NCBI GenBank assembly: GCA_963777505.1
Contig: CAVZQN010000004.1
Span: 288,001-352,000 of the forward strand
Direction: 5' to 3'
Length of the DNA stretch: 64,000 bases
From: an uncultured bacterium
Lineage (GTDB): Bacteria; Acidobacteriota; HRBIN11; JAKEFK01
Both the position numbers and the translations under genes were made by a program. Positions 36,666 through 47,085 of this stretch are shown here, one piece after another. Every line of letters starts with the position of its first letter. The stretch's first letter is position 1. The notes beneath the pieces were generated by a model, which had not been told where the DNA came from, did no database searches, and was given only the letters and a program-made list of their open reading frames with translations.

Positions 36666-38423
36666 ATGAGCGGGGGCTCAATGCCAGAAAATCGGCAGAA
36701 AAAGATCCTGATTGTAGACGATAGTGAACCAATTCGAACCAGTCTTGCGGCGATGCTTTCGGCTGAAAATTATGAAGCGATTGTTGCAGAAAATGGACTC
36801 GTTGCTGTTGAACTTGCGCGCAGAGAGCTTCCAGATCTTATCCTCTGCGATGTGCAGATGCCGGAGCTTGATGGTTATGGTGTTTTAAATCAGCTTAGAA
36901 ATGAAGCAGCCACGGCCTCAATCCCATTTGTTTTTCTAACGGGTCGTGGCGAAAAAGATCAAGTTCGTGAAGGAATGAATCTAGGCGCCGATGACTATCT
37001 GACGAAGCCGTTTAAGCGTGATGAACTGGTGCGTACTGTGAACGCCCGGCTCGCGCGAAGGGCGATTATTGAAGACCGATATGCAGCCGAAATTCGAATT
37101 GCCGAAGAAAAGCTGAATCAACTCATCCACTTTGATGCACTCACAGGCCTTCCTAATCAGATGCTCCTCCGCGAAAAATTTAATCAACTTCTGGATCAGA
37201 AAGACGAAACGAAAAAAGTTGCGATTCTTTTAGTCGGTGTCGATCGTTTTAAGCGTGTTAATGAATCGCTCGGAAATTCATTTGCAGACATTCTTTTGAA
37301 ATTTGTTGCCGAGCGTCTCGTGACGCACTCCTCCGGACGATTTCCGGTAGCTCGTCTGTCAGGAGATCAGTTCGCTTTCCTGTTAACAGACTTTGACAAA
37401 GAAGGTATTGAGGCTCTTGGAAACGAAATCCTTGAAACGATTGCCCGTCCGTTTACGCTGGAAACTCATCAGGTATTTTTGACAGCGAGTGCTGGCGTTT
37501 CAATTTATCCGGAACACAGTTCAGAAATTGATAAATTGATTAAGAATGCCGAAATGGCTATGTACTCTGCAAAGCGTCAAGGTGGAAATCTGCTTCAAAT
37601 CTATCACGATGAACACAACAAAGTTGTTTCGCGCAAAATCGATCTTGAAGCAGGAGTCCGGCGGGCGCTTGATAATGAGGAACTGCTGGTTTATTACCAA
37701 CCGCAAGTCAATTTAACATCAGGGAAAATTGTCGGCGCAGAAGCATTAATGCGCTGGAAGCATCCACAAGAAGGATTTATTCCGCCTTCCGAATTTATTC
37801 CGATCATGGAAGAAAACGGGCTTATCTTTTCAGCTGGAGAATGGATTCTTTCGGAAGCATGCAAACAGGCTCGCATCTGGCGAGCAAAAGGCTTCTCCAC
37901 TTTCCGGGTCTCTGTAAATTTATCTCCGCGCCAGTTCAACGAACCGAAACTTTTACAAAAATTGGAACAAGTCTTAAAAAATACCGGTCTGTTATCGGAA
38001 TTATTAGAAATCGAATTGACTGAAAGCAGTATTGTTAAAGATTCAGTAGCTACGGCTAAAACTTTGAATGAACTGAAAGCGATGGGTATCCGAATTTCAA
38101 TGGATGACTTCGGAACGGGATATTCATCCTTGTACTACTTCAGGCAATTTCCGTTCGATAGCGTTAAAATTGATCAATCATTCATTCGCGATGTCGCTAA
38201 TAATTCTAAGAATGCCGCTATCACGTTGTCGATTATTCAGATGGCGCATAACCTTAAATTAAATGTAATTGCGGAAGGAGTAGAGACTTTTACCGAGTTA
38301 TTCTTTTTGTATCTCCATCATTGTCAGGAAATGCAGGGTTATATGTTCAGTCCGCCTCTGCCTGCTGAAGAATTTGGAAAATTGTTAGCGAGCGGTAAAA
38401 CTCTACAGATTCATCGTCGCTAA
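36666..38423 (+). CDS. Response regulator-GGDEF-EAL protein, probable c-di-GMP phosphodiesterase
   Basis: REC (IVDD, CDVQMP, KPF); degenerate SGDQF; GAEAL; DDFGTGYSS. Confidence 0.9.
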   Translation: MSGGSMPENRQKKILIVDDSEPIRTSLAAMLSAENYEAIVAENGLVAVELARRELPDLILCDVQMPELDGYGVLNQLRNEAATASIPFVFLTGRGEKDQVREGMNLGADDYLTKPFKRDELVRTVNARLARRAIIEDRYAAEIRIAEEKLNQLIHFDALTGLPNQMLLREKFNQLLDQKDETKKVAILLVGVDRFKRVNESLGNSFADILLKFVAERLVTHSSGRFPVARLSGDQFAFLLTDFDKEGIEALGNEILETIARPFTLETHQVFLTASAGVSIYPEHSSEIDKLIKNAEMAMYSAKRQGGNLLQIYHDEHNKVVSRKIDLEAGVRRALDNEELLVYYQPQVNLTSGKIVGAEALMRWKHPQEGFIPPSEFIPIMEENGLIFSAGEWILSEACKQARIWRAKGFSTFRVSVNLSPRQFNEPKLLQKLEQVLKNTGLLSELLEIELTESSIVKDSVATAKTLNELKAMGIRISMDDFGTGYSSLYYFRQFPFDSVKIDQSFIRDVANNSKNAAITLSIIQMAHNLKLNVIAEGVETFTELFFLYLHHCQEMQGYMFSPPLPAEEFGKLLASGKTLQIHRR

Positions 38424-38471
38424 CTTCGCATCTTTGTGTCTTTACGGTTAAAATTCATAAAGGAGATCAAT

Positions 38472-39959
38472 ATGAAACGATCAATGGTGATCATTGCAAT
38501 TTTGTATTTATTTGCAGCTTACTGCCATGCTTCGGAGGAATTAGGAAACATTGATTTTAAGACTTCCGGATCACCTGAAGCACAAAAGGAATTTTTGCGA
38601 GGCGTCCTTTTTCTTCATAGCTTTGAGTATCCTGATGCTCTTTCTGCATTTCAAAAAGCGCAGCAGATCCAGCCTGAATTCGCGATGGCTTACTGGGGCG
38701 AGGCGATGACGCATAATCATCCAATCTGGAATGAACGCGATCGTGCAAGCGCTATTGCTGCTTTAAACAAACTGGCTCCAACACCAGAGCAAAGATTGCA
38801 GAAGACTCCCACTGAAAAAGAAAAAGATTGGATGAACGCAGTCGATATTCTTTTTGAAGACGGAGAAAAGAAGCAAAGAGATGTTGCGTATGCGAACGCG
38901 ATGGAGAAAATCTACAAAAAATATCCTGACGATTTGGAAGCTGCAAGTTTCTATTCCCTTGCGCTGCTTGGTTCCTGTGGAAATGTCAGAGAGTTTCCTG
39001 TTTATATGAAGGCAGCTGCAGTTGTTGAAGAAGTGTTCGCAAAGAATCCAAAACATCCCGGTGCTGCTCATTATCTTATTCATTCCTATGATGATCCAAC
39101 ACATGCGCCGCTTGGACTTCGCGCCGCGCGTGAATACGCTAAGATCGCTCCTGATGCTGTCCATGCGCTCCATATGCCTTCGCATATTTTTCTGGCTCTT
39201 GGAATGTGGGATGAAGTCGAGTCTTCCAATCAAGCATCATGGAAGGCTTCGAAAGAAACAAGCTATCATGCCGCATACTGGCTGCAATACTCATTTTTGC
39301 AGAAAGGTAGATTCGAGGAAGCCTTGAAGTTGTTTAAACAAGTGGAAGCAGATTCAGATAAAGCACCTGGAGCATATGGCCGCGCTCGATGGCATCTTTC
39401 TGCAATGCGCGCTGCCTATGTAATTGAAAGTCAAACGTCATTTTTTCAACTTGCGAAATCACCTGTAAAACCTCATGCCGATTCCATGACTGTAGATATT
39501 GCTGACATATTTGCGGCAGGATGGTCAGCTATACGCGAAAAAAAGATTGACGATGCGATCGTCTATCATAAACAAATCGAGGATGCATTAACTTTGGAAA
39601 CGAAAAAATCCGGGAGTCAGGATTGCAAAGCGCATTCAAGTGACATGAGTCCTGCGGAACTTCAAGCGGCTCAGATTATGGAACTTGAGCTTCATGCTTT
39701 GATTCTGAATGCACAAGGTAAGAAAGAGAATGCTTTTCGTTTGATGAAAGAAGCGACTGCTAAAGAAGACGCGATGACTTTCGAATTTGGTCCTCCGATG
39801 CCTGTGAAACCATCACATGAATTGTTAGCTGAGATGTTGTTAGAGTCAGACCGCTTCCAGGAAGCTCAGCAAGAATTTGAATTAGCATTGTTGCGCGCCC
39901 CGCGCCGAAGTATTTCTATGGCCGGACTTGCCAAAGCTTCAGAAAAAGCCGCGGATTAA
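38472..39959 (+). CDS. Secreted TPR-like protein
   Basis: Signal peptide; LHSFEY, HPGAAHYLIHSYD, HALHMPSHIF. Confidence 0.75.
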   Translation: MKRSMVIIAILYLFAAYCHASEELGNIDFKTSGSPEAQKEFLRGVLFLHSFEYPDALSAFQKAQQIQPEFAMAYWGEAMTHNHPIWNERDRASAIAALNKLAPTPEQRLQKTPTEKEKDWMNAVDILFEDGEKKQRDVAYANAMEKIYKKYPDDLEAASFYSLALLGSCGNVREFPVYMKAAAVVEEVFAKNPKHPGAAHYLIHSYDDPTHAPLGLRAAREYAKIAPDAVHALHMPSHIFLALGMWDEVESSNQASWKASKETSYHAAYWLQYSFLQKGRFEEALKLFKQVEADSDKAPGAYGRARWHLSAMRAAYVIESQTSFFQLAKSPVKPHADSMTVDIADIFAAGWSAIREKKIDDAIVYHKQIEDALTLETKKSGSQDCKAHSSDMSPAELQAAQIMELELHALILNAQGKKENAFRLMKEATAKEDAMTFEFGPPMPVKPSHELLAEMLLESDRFQEAQQEFELALLRAPRRSISMAGLAKASEKAAD

Positions 39960-40022
39960 CACTTAGCGTCTCTGCTGTTCCATCCTCTACCCTCCATTTC
40001 CTGACGGTGGTATCATGCACGC

Positions 40023-42533
40023 ATGAAAAAACTAGCAATTTTTTTGTTTCTATATCCATGCCTACTTTTTGCGGCAAGAGAGGCCGTTCTCAAACAAATT
40101 GATGTTCCTCACTCGTACTATTACCGGGAAATGTATTTGCCGCAGGTCACAACCGGCCCTTCTTATGTGAGCTGGTCTCCGGATGGCAAGGCTCTTGTTT
40201 ATTCCATGCATGGGTCACTTTGGATCCAGAAGTTAGATTCAGAAGTTGCCCAAGAAATGACTGCGGGTCCGGGCTACGATTATCAACCTGATTGGTCACC
40301 GGATGGAAATTGGATCGTTTTTACAAGATACGATAAGGATGCAGTTGAACTTCAACTGCTGAACGTTGGAACCCGAAAAGTTATACCCATCACAAGCGGT
40401 GGGGCTGTTAATGTTGAACCGAGATGGTCGCCTGATGGATCTCGAATTGTATTTGTTTCGACGCAACACAATAAACGTTTTCATCTCTTTCTTGCGTATA
40501 TCAAAAGCGGATCGCTCGATCGAATCGAGCAGCTGACAGAAGAAAGACGCAGCAAGATTACGCGCTACTACTACAGTCCTTTCGATCACGAAATCAGTCC
40601 GACATGGTCACCGGATGGAACTGAGTTGATCTTCATTACGAACCGGGAAAAATATTATGGATCGGGCGGTTTCTGGCGAATGAAAGCTGAAAAGGGTGCG
40701 GAGCCGCGCGAAATCCGCTTTGAAGAAACAACATGGAAAGCCAAACCCGATTGGTCATCGGATGGAAAACGTATCATATATAGTTCCTACCTCGGTCGTC
40801 CCTGGCATCAAATCTGGATCATGACTCCTGAAGGTGGTGATCCATTTCCGTTAACCTACGGTGAATATGACAATACGGCGGCCAGATGGTCGCGTGATTC
40901 TCGCAATATTGCATTCATTTCAAATCGAAATGGAAATACCTCACTTTGGGTTATGAATATTCCCGGCGGTAAACAGCGTGAAATTATTTCAAAGCAGCGG
41001 AAGTGGCTTCGACCGATGGGTACTTTGAAAATTTCAGTAAAGGATTCTAAAGGAAATCCATTCAGCGCCAGGGTTTCAGTAACAGGGGACGATCAAAGAG
41101 CCTATGCTCCTGATGATGCCTGGATGCATGCAGATGATGGTTTCGATCGAGCGGTCCGTCCTTTTGAAGTACATTACTTCCACACACATGGGAATTCATC
41201 AGTATCAGTTCCTGCAGGAAAACTGCTTGTTGAAATTGTAAGTGGTTTGGAGCATCGGGTCATCAAGCAAAATGTTGATGTCGCTTCGGGGGAAACAAAG
41301 CAAACTGAATTCCGATTGCAGCCACATGTTCTTCCCGATCGATTTGGAAAATGGTACAGCGGTGATTTGCACGTTCATATGAATTATGCAGGTACGTACA
41401 GGAATGTTCCGCAGTCCATGGTTGCACAAGCGAAAGCAGAGAATCTAAATGTTGTGAACAATCTTGTCGTAAACAAAGAACAACGCGTCCCGGATATGGC
41501 ATATTTTTCAGGGAAGCCGGATCCGGCTTCAACGAAGGATACGCTTCTTTTGCATGCTCAGGAATATCACACAAGTTACTGGGGGCATTTAGGATTATCA
41601 AACCTTAAGGAATTCTATGTGATGCCGGATTATGCCGGATACATAAACACTGGAGCAGCCAGTTTGTATCCAACAAATGCTGATGTTGCCGATTTGGCTC
41701 ATGAGCAAGGAGGTCTTGTTGGTTACGTTCATCCGTGGGATTGGGATCCGGATCCTGCAAAAGAAGAGAAATTAACAAATGCGCTTCCTATCGATGTAGC
41801 GCTTGGTAAAGTGGATTATTACGAAGGCGTCAGTTTCAGTGATCATATTGCAACAGCTCATGTGTGGTACAGACTTCTGAATTGTGGTTTCCGGCTTCCT
41901 ACCGGTGGCGGTACAGATGCAATGGCAAATTATGCATCACTTCGAGGTCCAGTTGGAACCAATCGCGCATATGTCCAATTGGATGGTTCGTTGAATGCTG
42001 ACTCCTGGATGAACGGACTGAAGAACGGACACACCTTTGCAACAAACAGCGCGTTGTTAGGATTCAAGGTGAACGGTAAATCAGCAAGTGATGAAATCAA
42101 ACTTCCTGCAGGCTCACACGAATTGAAATTTGATAGCGCGATGCGGTCAATCGTTCCAATGGATCATCTCGAAATCGTTTTTAATGGTAAGCCAATCAAG
42201 CAGCTCACACTTTCGGAAGACAAAATGGCGGGTGATGCAACTGGAAGCATCAATATTGATCAAAGTGGCTGGCTCGTGTTGCGCACATGGAGCGATCGAG
42301 CAATCGATCCCGTTCTGGATCTATATCCATATGCAACGACGAGCCCTATTTACATCACTGTGGCCGAAAAACCAGTTCGCTCCGCAGAAGATGCGGCATA
42401 TTTTTTAAAATGGATCGACCGTATTCAAGAATCTGCTGAAAAACATCCTGATTACAATGCAGATTGGGAAAAGAAACATGTGATGGATATGATTCAGCAA
42501 GCACGCAAAGTATTTGAGGAACGGATGAAGTGA
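40023..42533 (+). CDS. PD40 propeller plus PHP-like (CehA/McbA-type) metallohydrolase
   Basis: WSPDG repeats; SGDLHVHMN; GYVHP; GGTD. Confidence 0.8.
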   Translation: MKKLAIFLFLYPCLLFAAREAVLKQIDVPHSYYYREMYLPQVTTGPSYVSWSPDGKALVYSMHGSLWIQKLDSEVAQEMTAGPGYDYQPDWSPDGNWIVFTRYDKDAVELQLLNVGTRKVIPITSGGAVNVEPRWSPDGSRIVFVSTQHNKRFHLFLAYIKSGSLDRIEQLTEERRSKITRYYYSPFDHEISPTWSPDGTELIFITNREKYYGSGGFWRMKAEKGAEPREIRFEETTWKAKPDWSSDGKRIIYSSYLGRPWHQIWIMTPEGGDPFPLTYGEYDNTAARWSRDSRNIAFISNRNGNTSLWVMNIPGGKQREIISKQRKWLRPMGTLKISVKDSKGNPFSARVSVTGDDQRAYAPDDAWMHADDGFDRAVRPFEVHYFHTHGNSSVSVPAGKLLVEIVSGLEHRVIKQNVDVASGETKQTEFRLQPHVLPDRFGKWYSGDLHVHMNYAGTYRNVPQSMVAQAKAENLNVVNNLVVNKEQRVPDMAYFSGKPDPASTKDTLLLHAQEYHTSYWGHLGLSNLKEFYVMPDYAGYINTGAASLYPTNADVADLAHEQGGLVGYVHPWDWDPDPAKEEKLTNALPIDVALGKVDYYEGVSFSDHIATAHVWYRLLNCGFRLPTGGGTDAMANYASLRGPVGTNRAYVQLDGSLNADSWMNGLKNGHTFATNSALLGFKVNGKSASDEIKLPAGSHELKFDSAMRSIVPMDHLEIVFNGKPIKQLTLSEDKMAGDATGSINIDQSGWLVLRTWSDRAIDPVLDLYPYATTSPIYITVAEKPVRSAEDAAYFLKWIDRIQESAEKHPDYNADWEKKHVMDMIQQARKVFEERMK

Positions 42534-42624
42534 TGCGGGATGCGCGATGCGGGATAGCCCCCGGCGTAAGCCGGGGGAAAGAATGATGTAAGAGGATCCA
42601 GCCCGCCCCTGCTTGGGCGGGCGC
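42532..42624. repeat. Tandem heptamers and REP-like hairpins
   Basis: gatgcgg gatgcgc gatgcgg; cccccggcgtaagccggggg; gcccgccc…gggcgggc. Confidence 0.55.
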
Positions 42625-42645
42625 AAGAATACGTGGAGGTGAGAG

Positions 42646-42873
42646 ATGGATGAAGTCACATTGATTTTTGGCAAAGATACATGACCCTATACGAGCGACG
42701 CTCGTAAGGATTACGAGAAAAGTGGCAAACCGTTTCGCTATATCAATGTTAAAAAGAGTCAAGACTCATTAACTCAGATGCTTCAATTGACGAAAGGCGT
42801 TCGCGAAGTTCCTGTCATTTTGGAAAACGGCAAGGTGACAATCGGATACAACGGAGGAAGTTGAGGAGTCTAA
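42646..42873 (+). CDS. Glutaredoxin-like selenoprotein with two Sec residues (UXX-star type), 75 aa
   Basis: RBS GGAGGT; MDEVTLIFGKDT-U-PYT…REVPVILENGKVTIGYNGGS-U-GV*; hairpin after each TGA. Confidence 0.85.
42686..42709 (+). other. SECIS-like hairpin 1
   Basis: CCT-A-TACGAGC-GAC-GCTCGTA-AGG just 3' of TGA 42682. Confidence 0.55.
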
Positions 42874-42874
42874 A

Positions 42875-42892
42875 AGCATTCGGTCGAATGCT
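42875..42892 (+). other. SECIS-like hairpin 2
   Basis: AGCATTC-GGTC-GAATGCT begins 11 nt after TGA 42862-42864 and has a GU-containing loop. Confidence 0.65.
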
Positions 42893-44264
42893 ATCTTTGA
42901 GTCTCTGCAGGTAAGAGTTTATGTCCTTCGGATCGTGCGACGTAGGTTGCAGCCGTCAAATCTCCCACGACATTTAATGTAGTCCGGCACATATCTAAGA
43001 TCCGATCCAAGCCTAGAACGATTGCAATCAATGCAGGGTTCACTCCAATTTGAGTTAACACAACGATGATGAATGGAATAGAGCCCGAAGGAACGCCGGC
43101 GGTACCAATCCCACCAAGAATTGCCAGATAAGCAACCATCAATTGCGTAGATAAAGAAAGATCGACTCCTGAAAGTTGAGCCAGGAAAAGTACGGTAACA
43201 CCTTCATAGAGTGCTGTGCCATTTTGATTGGCAGTGGCACCGATAGTTAAAACAAAGCTGTTAATCTCGCGTGGTACTCCCAGATTCATTTCTGAGACTC
43301 GCAGGGCAGTTGGAAGGGTTGCATTCGAAGAAGATGTTGAGAATGCTGTCAGCATGACAGTCTTAATACGCCTGAAAAATTCGATGGGCGAAATGCGCGA
43401 CAACATTGATATTGAAATTGAATAAATCACAAACATATGAATCGCCAGGCCTGCAATTACAGTGAAGAAGAACCATGCAAGTGCCTGCAGCAAATCCATC
43501 CCGAATCGTGCAACGTTGTTAAATAACAAACATGCCACCGCATACGGCGCAAACCTCATCACAAGATCGATAATTTTCGTGGAGACATTGAACAAACCAT
43601 CAAGTGCACCCACAAATGGCGCAGTTACCTCCGGTGATATCAGCGTGATGGCAATTCCGATAATCAATGCAAATGCCATCAGGTGAAGCATGTTTGGAGT
43701 TTCGCTTGCAATCGATGCAATTGGATTTGCGGGAATCAAAGTTTTTACAGCAGTCATAAGTGCCGAATCGTTCGCCGATAGTTTTTTCGCATCTTCAACA
43801 CGCTTGCTTGCATCAGTTCCATACCGCTGTTCCAATGCCTGCGCTGTAGCTGGATCGACTCGTTTTCCTGGCTTAATAAAATTAACGGCTGTTATGCCGA
43901 TAATGACTGAGATTGCGGAAATGATGATTGTGTATACAAAAGTCTTTAACCCGATTCGTCCAAGCTTGCGGATGTTTCCGATTCCTGCGACGCCAACAAC
44001 CAGCGAAGAAAAAACGAGAGGGATGACAGTCATTAATAGGAGACGTAAAAAGAGTTGTCCGATTGGTTCGGTAATATTTCTAATGATCCAAACGACAGAT
44101 GGATTTTCCCCGCCGAAAGCTCCATTGACAATCAATCCTGCTGTGACACCCACAAGAAGCCCGATCAGGATTCTGCGATGGAGCGGCATACCTCGGGGTT
44201 TGTCAGGCGTTGTATCTTTAAGATCTGTGGTGACTTCGCGGTCGTAGGATTCCATTCGGGACAT
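42891..44264 (-). CDS. Dicarboxylate/amino acid:cation symporter (DAACS, GltP-like)
   Basis: FSTSSSNATLP, GATANQNGTALY, GTAGVP, DRILDMCRT. Confidence 0.92.
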   Translation of the reverse strand: MSRMESYDREVTTDLKDTTPDKPRGMPLHRRILIGLLVGVTAGLIVNGAFGGENPSVVWIIRNITEPIGQLFLRLLLMTVIPLVFSSLVVGVAGIGNIRKLGRIGLKTFVYTIIISAISVIIGITAVNFIKPGKRVDPATAQALEQRYGTDASKRVEDAKKLSANDSALMTAVKTLIPANPIASIASETPNMLHLMAFALIIGIAITLISPEVTAPFVGALDGLFNVSTKIIDLVMRFAPYAVACLLFNNVARFGMDLLQALAWFFFTVIAGLAIHMFVIYSISISMLSRISPIEFFRRIKTVMLTAFSTSSSNATLPTALRVSEMNLGVPREINSFVLTIGATANQNGTALYEGVTVLFLAQLSGVDLSLSTQLMVAYLAILGGIGTAGVPSGSIPFIIVVLTQIGVNPALIAIVLGLDRILDMCRTTLNVVGDLTAATYVARSEGHKLLPAETQR

Positions 44265-44335
44265 TATAACGCTATAACCGCAAAGACACAGAGGGCAATG
44301 CTTCAGTCTTAATGAGGTGTTATATTCTTTGTTAT

Positions 44336-45244
44336 ATGCGTTATGTTTTTGCGTTGGTTGGAGCGATTGCAATACTGCTCAGTTTCTCGTGCGGCTCTGG
44401 AACGCCCATAGCTCCAGGAGGATCGCGACTCATTCTTACTGCAGATCCGGAACAGATTCCATTCAATGGTTCATCAATGCTAACTGTAAGAGGCACGGAT
44501 GAGGATGGAACTCCATTGCCTGACGGCACGCGAGTCACGTTTAGCATCACCGAGGCAGGAAGCGTTTCACCCGATTCTGTAGATCTTGTGAATGGTACTG
44601 CGACAAGTACATTCTTTGCGTCCTTTGATAGCGGCGATGTCACTGTCACTGCAACGTCTGGAAGTGTTGAAGCCAGTATCACAATTACTGTTGCTGATAA
44701 TGAAGACCAAAGGGTATTTGTTTCCGCTATACCAGCAACGTTACCTGATGGTGGCGGAACTTCGGTGATCAGTGCCGCTGTTACGGATTTTAGTGGGACT
44801 CCCCTGGAAGGTATTGGTGTTGAATTCTCCACAACGGAAGGATCCTTGCAATCGAATGGTGGAACGCTCCGTACGAATAGCAATGGCGTTGCGATCGATA
44901 CATTGAATACTTCTGCAAGTGCTACTGTGACAGCAACAACTGATGATGGATTTTCAGGTGAAACAACAGTCGAAGTTGGTGGAGGTCGAATCGTTTGTCA
45001 TATGACTGTAAACAATAGTACTCCGGCCGTAGGTCAAACAGTGTTGTTTTTAGATACGAGCGATATTCCGGAGGGCGAAAGTGTTGAGTTTCATTGGAAC
45101 TTCGGTGATGGATCATCCACTCAAGGCCGCAACGTTCAACATATTTTTCAAACTGCCGGAACATTTAACGTGATCCATAGCGTCGTCGATGACAACGGCA
45201 ACACTTTTACATGTGACTCCTTCGCGATTACGGTTTCAAATTGA
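44336..45244 (+). CDS. Lipoprotein with two Big_1/invasin-like Ig domains and a PKD domain
   Basis: Lipobox SFSC; PLPDGTRVTF; WNFGDG. Confidence 0.8.
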   Translation: MRYVFALVGAIAILLSFSCGSGTPIAPGGSRLILTADPEQIPFNGSSMLTVRGTDEDGTPLPDGTRVTFSITEAGSVSPDSVDLVNGTATSTFFASFDSGDVTVTATSGSVEASITITVADNEDQRVFVSAIPATLPDGGGTSVISAAVTDFSGTPLEGIGVEFSTTEGSLQSNGGTLRTNSNGVAIDTLNTSASATVTATTDDGFSGETTVEVGGGRIVCHMTVNNSTPAVGQTVLFLDTSDIPEGESVEFHWNFGDGSSTQGRNVQHIFQTAGTFNVIHSVVDDNGNTFTCDSFAITVSN

Positions 45245-46233
45245 AAGTATTTATCCCTCTCGTCATTTTCCTAATTTCCAGCATTGTCTATGCGGAAGAT
45301 AAAAGTAGTCTTCGTGATACCGGTTTGATTTGTGCGGTTGATATGGGCAGCAATACATTCAAATTTATTGTGGCTGAAATAAAAAATGGAGAGTATCACC
45401 AATATGTTGATGTACGAAAGACAGCTGGAGTAGGCGACGATCTAAAAAACTCAGAAAAGAAATCCGGCAAAAAGATCATCTCAGACCTAAAACAGGAAGA
45501 AATTAAATCTCTGCTTAAAGAATTTCAGGATGAATGCGAGCGCAGAACTCAGTCACGTAAACTCTATGCAATTGCTACAGCCGCCTTTCGCGAAGCAGAA
45601 AATATCAAATCGATATCGCAACAGGTCAATCAGCAAGGGATCGAGTTGGAAGTCCTTACTGGCGAGGCAGAAGCAATCTATGCCTATGAAGCTGCAACCT
45701 CAGGAGCGCAAGGGTTTGCTGTTGTTGATTTGGGAAGTCGTACGACCGAGTTTGTGAAAAACAATAATGGGAAATATGAAACAGCGGATTTAGCGACTGG
45801 TTACAAGGTCGCATGGGATGAGTTTTACGAAAAGGCGGAAACCTTTACGCAGGCTTCGACGGAACACTTAAAGAAAGTAAAAGACATCATCGGTGAACAT
45901 CAAACGAAGATCCTAAAAGGCCAACAAGAACTAAGAATGATTGAAGTGGGGGAAGCGGCAAGTTACATTCTTGGAATTCCTCAGGATCAGATTGAGGGTC
46001 AGGTCATTACTCACGCTCAGATTAAAAACAAGTTGCGCGACCTGTACGCAATGGATCCAAAATCATTTGCCGAGCTAAAAGAGAATTTTGAGGATGCGGC
46101 CAGAGTTCTTCCACGGCTTGTTCTTATGGATTTCATTTTAGCCGAAACAGGATATGACAAGTTTAGAGGCACCAATCGCGAACTAAATGTCGCGATTGTT
46201 TACAAACGTTCCCGATCTATTCCCTCGCACTGA
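45241..46233 (+). CDS. Ppx/GppA (ASKHA) phosphatase-like protein with a signal peptide
   Basis: VDMGSNTFK, ATAAFREAEN, LTGEAEA, VDLGSRTTE. Confidence 0.75.
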   Translation: MKVFIPLVIFLISSIVYAEDKSSLRDTGLICAVDMGSNTFKFIVAEIKNGEYHQYVDVRKTAGVGDDLKNSEKKSGKKIISDLKQEEIKSLLKEFQDECERRTQSRKLYAIATAAFREAENIKSISQQVNQQGIELEVLTGEAEAIYAYEAATSGAQGFAVVDLGSRTTEFVKNNNGKYETADLATGYKVAWDEFYEKAETFTQASTEHLKKVKDIIGEHQTKILKGQQELRMIEVGEAASYILGIPQDQIEGQVITHAQIKNKLRDLYAMDPKSFAELKENFEDAARVLPRLVLMDFILAETGYDKFRGTNRELNVAIVYKRSRSIPSH

Positions 46234-47017
46234 TCTCAACAGAATCGGTCACGACCGGACGTCCATTCAGTGGCTGAACTGGACGGTTGTTGCGATTGAT
46301 AATATTTTGAAACGCCTGGATTTGCTTCTCCGAAAGTTGAATCGGACTTTGCATGACAATCCATTTTACATCCTCTGAGCAGGATGGAGTGGTTAGTGAT
46401 CCGTTGTAGCGATATGTGGTTTTAGCGGAGGGAAGCAGCTTACTAATATCCACTGCTACGTTTTCAAAATTGCTTTTCATGCCTTTGGATTTTGGCAAAT
46501 TAGACCAAATTGAATCAAAGGCTGAATTGTGATTCCCTTTTTCAATAAAGACACCTATCACAGCCAACTTTCCATCAGCCGACTTATGTACGAAGTGCAT
46601 CTCCATTGGGTAATGTTTTCCGCGGACTGTATGTTCACTGGGGCTGTGAAAGTGATGTTGCAAAAGCTGGAATTGTTCTTCACCAATTGTAAGCGTGTCC
46701 CCTTCTTTGTAGTTCACCTGAATCGTATGCCCGTTATTGATTGCATCAGTTATGGGCGTTTGTTGGATAATCTTCAATCTCGCAGGCTTAAAGTTGGCTT
46801 TCATTTCGTTCGAAGTTTTGTCTAGTTCAATAGGTGACTGGTTTTGTCCCTTCGTGCAGACCGACCATTTTGGGGACAGCTTTCCCCAGTCCGCAGCTTC
46901 ACCTTCATAACCCCAGTGTGGATCTTCATGTTGGGAAATAACTTCGACTGCTGTCATAAACATAAAAGCAGAACATACGATTAAAATCATTCTGAGACGT
47001 TTGGTATTCATATTCAT
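46217..47017 (-). CDS. Periplasmic alpha-carbonic anhydrase
   Basis: HWGY, QSPI, NNGHTIQ, QHHFHSPSEH, EMHFVH, GSLTTP, NNRPVQ. Confidence 0.95.
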   Translation of the reverse strand: MNMNTKRLRMILIVCSAFMFMTAVEVISQHEDPHWGYEGEAADWGKLSPKWSVCTKGQNQSPIELDKTSNEMKANFKPARLKIIQQTPITDAINNGHTIQVNYKEGDTLTIGEEQFQLLQHHFHSPSEHTVRGKHYPMEMHFVHKSADGKLAVIGVFIEKGNHNSAFDSIWSNLPKSKGMKSNFENVAVDISKLLPSAKTTYRYNGSLTTPSCSEDVKWIVMQSPIQLSEKQIQAFQNIINRNNRPVQPLNGRPVVTDSVEISARE

Positions 47018-47052
47018 GTATGAGTATACGCATAACAGAACGGGCGTTCATA

Positions 47053-47068
47053 TAGGACTTTGGTCCTA
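47053..47068. promoter_or_regulatory. Palindromic motif TAGGAC-N4-GTCCTA upstream of the carbonic anhydrase gene
   Basis: 14 bp are identical to 49091-49104. Confidence 0.45.
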
Positions 47069-47085
47069 ATGCGATAAGGCGGCAA

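Noticed and set aside
37130-37600. Active diguanylate cyclase
   Set aside because: The signature is SGDQF rather than GG(D/E)EF, so it is probably inactive or regulatory.
43690-44883. Long antisense ORFs (185 aa and 180 aa) and other short overlapping ORFs
   Set aside because: Shadow frames of well-supported genes, with no motifs or RBS.
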